Positions 60,311 to 64,000 of a stretch of 64,000 bases of DNA are shown here, in pieces. This DNA comes from Hydrolagus colliei (lineage: Eukaryota). The translations under genes were made by a program, and so were the position numbers. Within the stretch, counting starts at the first letter, position 1. Each line of letters starts with the position of its first letter. The stretch is from positions 186,001 to 250,000 of the forward strand of contig JAYJKW010000483.1 in the NCBI GenBank assembly GCA_035084275.1. Reading direction: 5' to 3'. The notes beneath the pieces are model-generated. The model was not told the origin of the DNA, made no database searches, and saw only the letters and a program-made list of their open reading frames with translations.

Positions 60311-61490
60311 CTGTCCCTCTCTCACCCCCCCGTCGTCTCTCTCCCCCACCACCAGCCCAGCTGTCTTTTTATGCCTCCCCCCCCCCACCGTCTCTCTCCC
60401 TCCCCCCCCCCCAGCCGTCTCTCTCTTCGCCCCCACGCAGCCGTCTCGCTCCCACAGCTGTCTCCCTCCCCCTCCCCCCAGCCGTCTCTCGCCCCCTCCC
60501 CCCAGCCGTCTCTCTCCCCCTCCCCCCAGCCGTCTCTCTCCCCCTCTCCTCCCCATCCAGCCGACTCTCTCCCCTCCCCCCCCAGCCGTCTCTCTCCCCC
60601 TCCCCCCAGCCGTCTTTCTCCCCCTCCCCCCAGCCGTCTTTCTCCCCCTCCCCCCAGCCGTCTCTCTCCCCCTCCCCCCAGCCGTCTTTCTCCTCCTCCC
60701 CCCAGCCGTCTCTCGCCCCCTCCCCCCAGCCGTCTCTCGCCCCCTCCCCCCAGCCGTCTATCTCCCCCTCCCCCCAGCCGTCTCTCTCCCCCTCCCCCCA
60801 GCCGTCTCTCTCCGCCTCTCCTCCCCATCCAGCCGACTCTCTCCCCTCCCCCCCCCAGCCGTCTCTCTCCCCCTCCCCCCAGCCGTCTTTCTCCCCCTCC
60901 ACCCAGCCGTCTCTCTCCCCCTCCCCCCAGCCGTCTCTCTCCACCTCCCCCCAGCCGTCTCTCTCCACCTCCCCCAGCCGTCTCTCTCCACCTCCCCCCA
61001 GCCGTCTCTCTCCCCTTCTCCTCCCCCCGAACCGTCTCTCTCCCCACCCCACAGCCGGCTCTCTCACCCTCTCCCCCTCCCCCCAGCCGTCTCTCTCCCC
61101 CTCCCCCCAGCCGTCTCCCTCCACGTCTCCCCCAGCCGTCTCTCTCCCCCTCCGCCAAGCTGTCTCTCTCCCCCTCCACTCAGCCGTCTCTCTCCCACTC
61201 ACCCCCCCTTCCCCCAGCTGTCTCTCCACCCCGCTCCCCCACCACCCCTTGCATACCTGTATATTGTATTCGAGGACTATGATTACAATATGGTGACTTT
61301 AAACCTCGGTCTGTGCATTGTGTATAGAGATGAGCATTCTGGGTCTTGTAGTTCAGTGTGCTTGCGTCCTGATTTTTAACCTCGATATATAGATTTTGGG
61401 ATATATCGATATTTTTGAAATGTCTATAGCGGCATATCGATATGAAATTATATCGGTTTTAGCGATATATCGATATATCGCAGGACCCTA
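60003..61490. mobile_element. Non-autonomous hAT DNA transposon, 1488 bp
   Basis: TIRs TAGGGTCCGTCGATAT / ATATCGCAGGACCCTA (14/16); 8-bp TSD GTCGAGGC (59995-60002) / GTCGAGAC (61491-61498); many subterminal ATATCG/CGATAT repeats; the empty site is seen in the paralog at ~57100. Confidence 0.88.
60330..61240. repeat. ~23-bp C-rich minisatellite CCCCCTCCCCCCAGCCGTCTCTCT inside the hAT element
   Basis: Read directly; explains the Pro-rich and Gly-rich ORFs at 60081-61379. Confidence 0.92.
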
Positions 61491-62199
61491 GTCGAGACCT
61501 GAGCAGTGGGGGTGGTGGGGGGAGAAAGGGGAAGGAGAGTGGGGGGGAGAGGGGGAATAGTTAGTGGGTCAGCCGAAGGCGCGGTCGAAGAGGAAGGTCT
61601 TGAGACCGGCCTTGAAGGAGCAAAGGGAGGAAGCGAGGGGGAGGGACTGCGAGATGGGTTTCCACAATGTGGGAGCAGAGAGGCTGAAAGCCCGGCCACC
61701 GATGGTTGGGTGGTTAGGACGGTGGACGCGGAGCAGGCCTGAGTCTTCTGAACGGAGGGGGCGGGCAGCTGATAGAGAGACAGTAGGTCAGAGAGATAGG
61801 TGGGGGCAAGGCCATTTCTGGTGACCAGACGCCTGTGAGTGTATATGCGTGTGTGTGTGTCTCACACTGTGTCTCTGAGTGTGTCTCACGCTGTAAACAC
61901 TCTGTATGTTTGTGACCCTCAGGAATAAAAAGAGACACAATGAGTCGGAGAAACAGAGAATTGTACGAGATGGAGACACAGAGAGAGAGAGAAAGAGAGG
62001 TGAGAGAGAGAAATCTCTACAGTTTGTGATACACTCGCACAACAATACATACACACAGGCCTCTGTGTCTCTGAGACAAACACATAGAGAGACACTCATA
62101 CACTTACACGCCTCTGTCACACACACTGTCCCAATCACAAACATTCACAGTGCGGGAGACACGCACACACACTGACTGTGCTCTATCTCTCTCTGTCTC

Positions 62200-63600
62200 A
62201 CACACACAGGCCTCGGTCACACACACCCTCCCACTCACACATAAAAGCACTAATTTCCACCCCACCCAACACGCACATACATACAGCTCATCCTCACACA
62301 CAATTGTACCCCCCCCACACACACCCTTGCACGCAGACAAACAGTCCCCTACCCACAAACACACAGCCACCCAACCCCCATAATCTACCCACCCGCACAC
62401 AAACAACACACACCACACACACAAATATCCCCCACACACACACACACAAACAGTCTCCCACCCATACACACAAGAAGCACACACACAGCCACACAGCGCC
62501 CCCACACATAGCCCCCCCCTATCCAAACATAAGCACACAGTGCCGCAAAAGGCATACCATACACACACAGCCCACCCACCACAAACACAGCCCACCCCCC
62601 CCCTCCCCCAAACACATCCCCGCTGCCAGGCACACAGTCCCCGCCACATACAGGCCCCCCCACCCACCCACACGCAAACAGCACCCACACGCACGCCTAC
62701 AGTCCCTACACACACAGACCCCCACATACACATATGCACACAGCCCTCCACCCCACCAACACACACAAAGCCGCCATCCAAAGAACCCCCACACACAGCC
62801 CCACCTTACAAACACTGGCGCCCTCACACGCTGCCCCCCACAAACATAGGCAGCCCCCACCACACACAACCCAGCCCAACCACACGCAACCCCTACTCAC
62901 ACACACAGCCCGCCCCACACGAGTCCTGCCTCCACACACATGCAGTCAACTCCACACACAAATGCCCCCTCTCAAACCCACACAACCCCACCCACCCACA
63001 GCCATACAGCACCCCCAGATACAGCCCCCCTACCCACACATAAATACACAGCACCCCCCCACACATACACCCAGCCTCCCTTCACATACCCAGGCCCCCC
63101 ACACATCCAGCGCCCCCAACACACACCTAGCCCCCACACACACCCAGCACCCCCCCACACACACCCAGCTCCCACCCCCCTACACACACACACCCACAGC
63201 CCCACATGTCTATCTCTCAGTCTGACTTTCTATATATTTCTGTAGTTTCTCGCTCTCTGTCGCCACTGATGTTGTTATTGTTGTTTTTGACCTGAAGCCA
63301 CCGCCACCAAAGAGGGAGGGTTGTGGCACCCAGCCCCCGCACCCCCCACACACCCACACCACCACTCCCACATGCACACCCAGCCCCCTCCCCACACATA
63401 CCCAGCCACCACCACTCCCCCCCCCCCCCCCCCCCCCGACACACACAACACCTTCACACACAGAACCCCCACAAACACACACCAAACTCACACACAGTGC
63501 TGCCCCCACACAGTCCCCTCACCCACTGCCCCCCACCACACACACACACCCAGCCCACACACACACCCAGTTCCCCCCACACACATGTCTCTATCTCTCA
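62200..63600. repeat. CA/C-rich low-complexity tract
   Basis: Read directly; all ORFs here are low-complexity. Confidence 0.85.
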
Positions 63601-63684
63601 GTGTGACTCTCTCTCTCTCTATAGAGACTCAGTCTCTCACTCTCTGTTGTTGTTGTCCCTCAAGCCACCGCCACCAAAGGTCAA

Positions 63685-63860
63685 CAAGCACGTGATGTCA
63701 TGACGCTGTGTGAGTGGGACCCGGCCACTATCTCCCTGGTAACCAGTGATTGACATGAGATGGAAAGTGACCCACCCCACTGTCTCCCTGGTAACCAGTG
63801 ATTGACAGGAGAATGGGACACGCCCATTGTCTCCCTGGTTCCCAGTGATTGACAGGAGAG
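63685..63860 (-). promoter_or_regulatory. Inverted paralog of the 43.1-kb promoter-like module
   Basis: (G/A)TCTCCCTGGT(A/T)(A/C)CCAGTGATTGACA at 63730, 63782 and 63829 is the reverse complement of the 43.1-kb motif; GTCATGAC and CACGTG (63689-63694) lie in the equivalent downstream position. Confidence 0.55.
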
Positions 63861-64000
63861 CGGAACCCGTCCACAGTGATTGTGATGTTAATCTCTGGCC
63901 CGTCACTGTGTGGACCATGTCAGTCGATGTGTTATTGATGTTGTTGTTATTATTGTTTATATTATTGTTCTCTGAGGCAGTGGCTGTCCAGCGCCTTGGG

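Larger units (their letters stand above)
59921..61830 (-). mobile_element. Paralogous L2 3' end in unit 4, split by a hAT insertion
   Basis: Same junctions as the 57021-57450 copy; segments 59921-60002 and 61491-61830. Confidence 0.8.
50160..62200. repeat. Four tandem ~2.7-3.4 kb units (L2 3' tail + GA-rich + CA-rich blocks)
   Basis: Anchor AACCG(A/T)GCCTTCGGTCACCTTTCTCCCC at 50171, 53611, 56351 and 59224, each followed by ..TTTCTACAGCCTGTGATA.. and the same order of GA/CA blocks. Confidence 0.85.

Noticed and set aside
60081-61379. Pro-rich and Gly/Arg-rich ORFs (extensin/formin-like look)
   Set aside because: Translations of the C-rich minisatellite inside the hAT element.
49200-63600. 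Dozens of short CV/HT-rich ORFs
   Set aside because: Low-complexity CA/GA repeats; the only protein-like pieces are L2 RT tails.

Overview
Vertebrate genomic DNA from a cartilaginous fish, most likely a holocephalan (chimaera/elephant shark; inferred from the Ig organisation and repeat content). The core is one complete, apparently intact, unrearranged cluster-type immunoglobulin heavy-chain locus on the minus strand (35587->22654): leader, V, D1, D2, J (23/12-22/12-12/23 RSS), four C exons, a secretory tail, TM1 and TM2. It is IgM-like but has no functional CH1. The first two C exons are 330-nt CH2-type duplicates (76/110 aa identical by hand count), and V framework 2 reads WYRQLPGKQREQ, i.e. 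camelid-VHH-like Y37/Q44/R45. Together these predict a heavy-chain-only (single-domain) antibody; as I recall, this class is already reported in ratfish and elephant shark. A possible decayed CH1 lies in the J-C intron. Left flank: CR1/L2/SINE debris, a CpG-rich chimeric fragment (UQCC2 exon 1 fused to a histone H2B C-terminal remnant) and an intact GPR139-like class A GPCR exon. Right flank: two inverted paralogous promoter-like modules (triple RFX X-box plus PBX/PREP decamer) about 20 kb apart. They enclose a >5 kb GGCTGCT(GT)n satellite with assembly gaps, an orphan exon, four ~3 kb tandem units, and a 1.5 kb hAT element with 8-bp TSD nested in an L2 tail. The very long ORFs at 43-63 kb are translations of low-complexity repeats.
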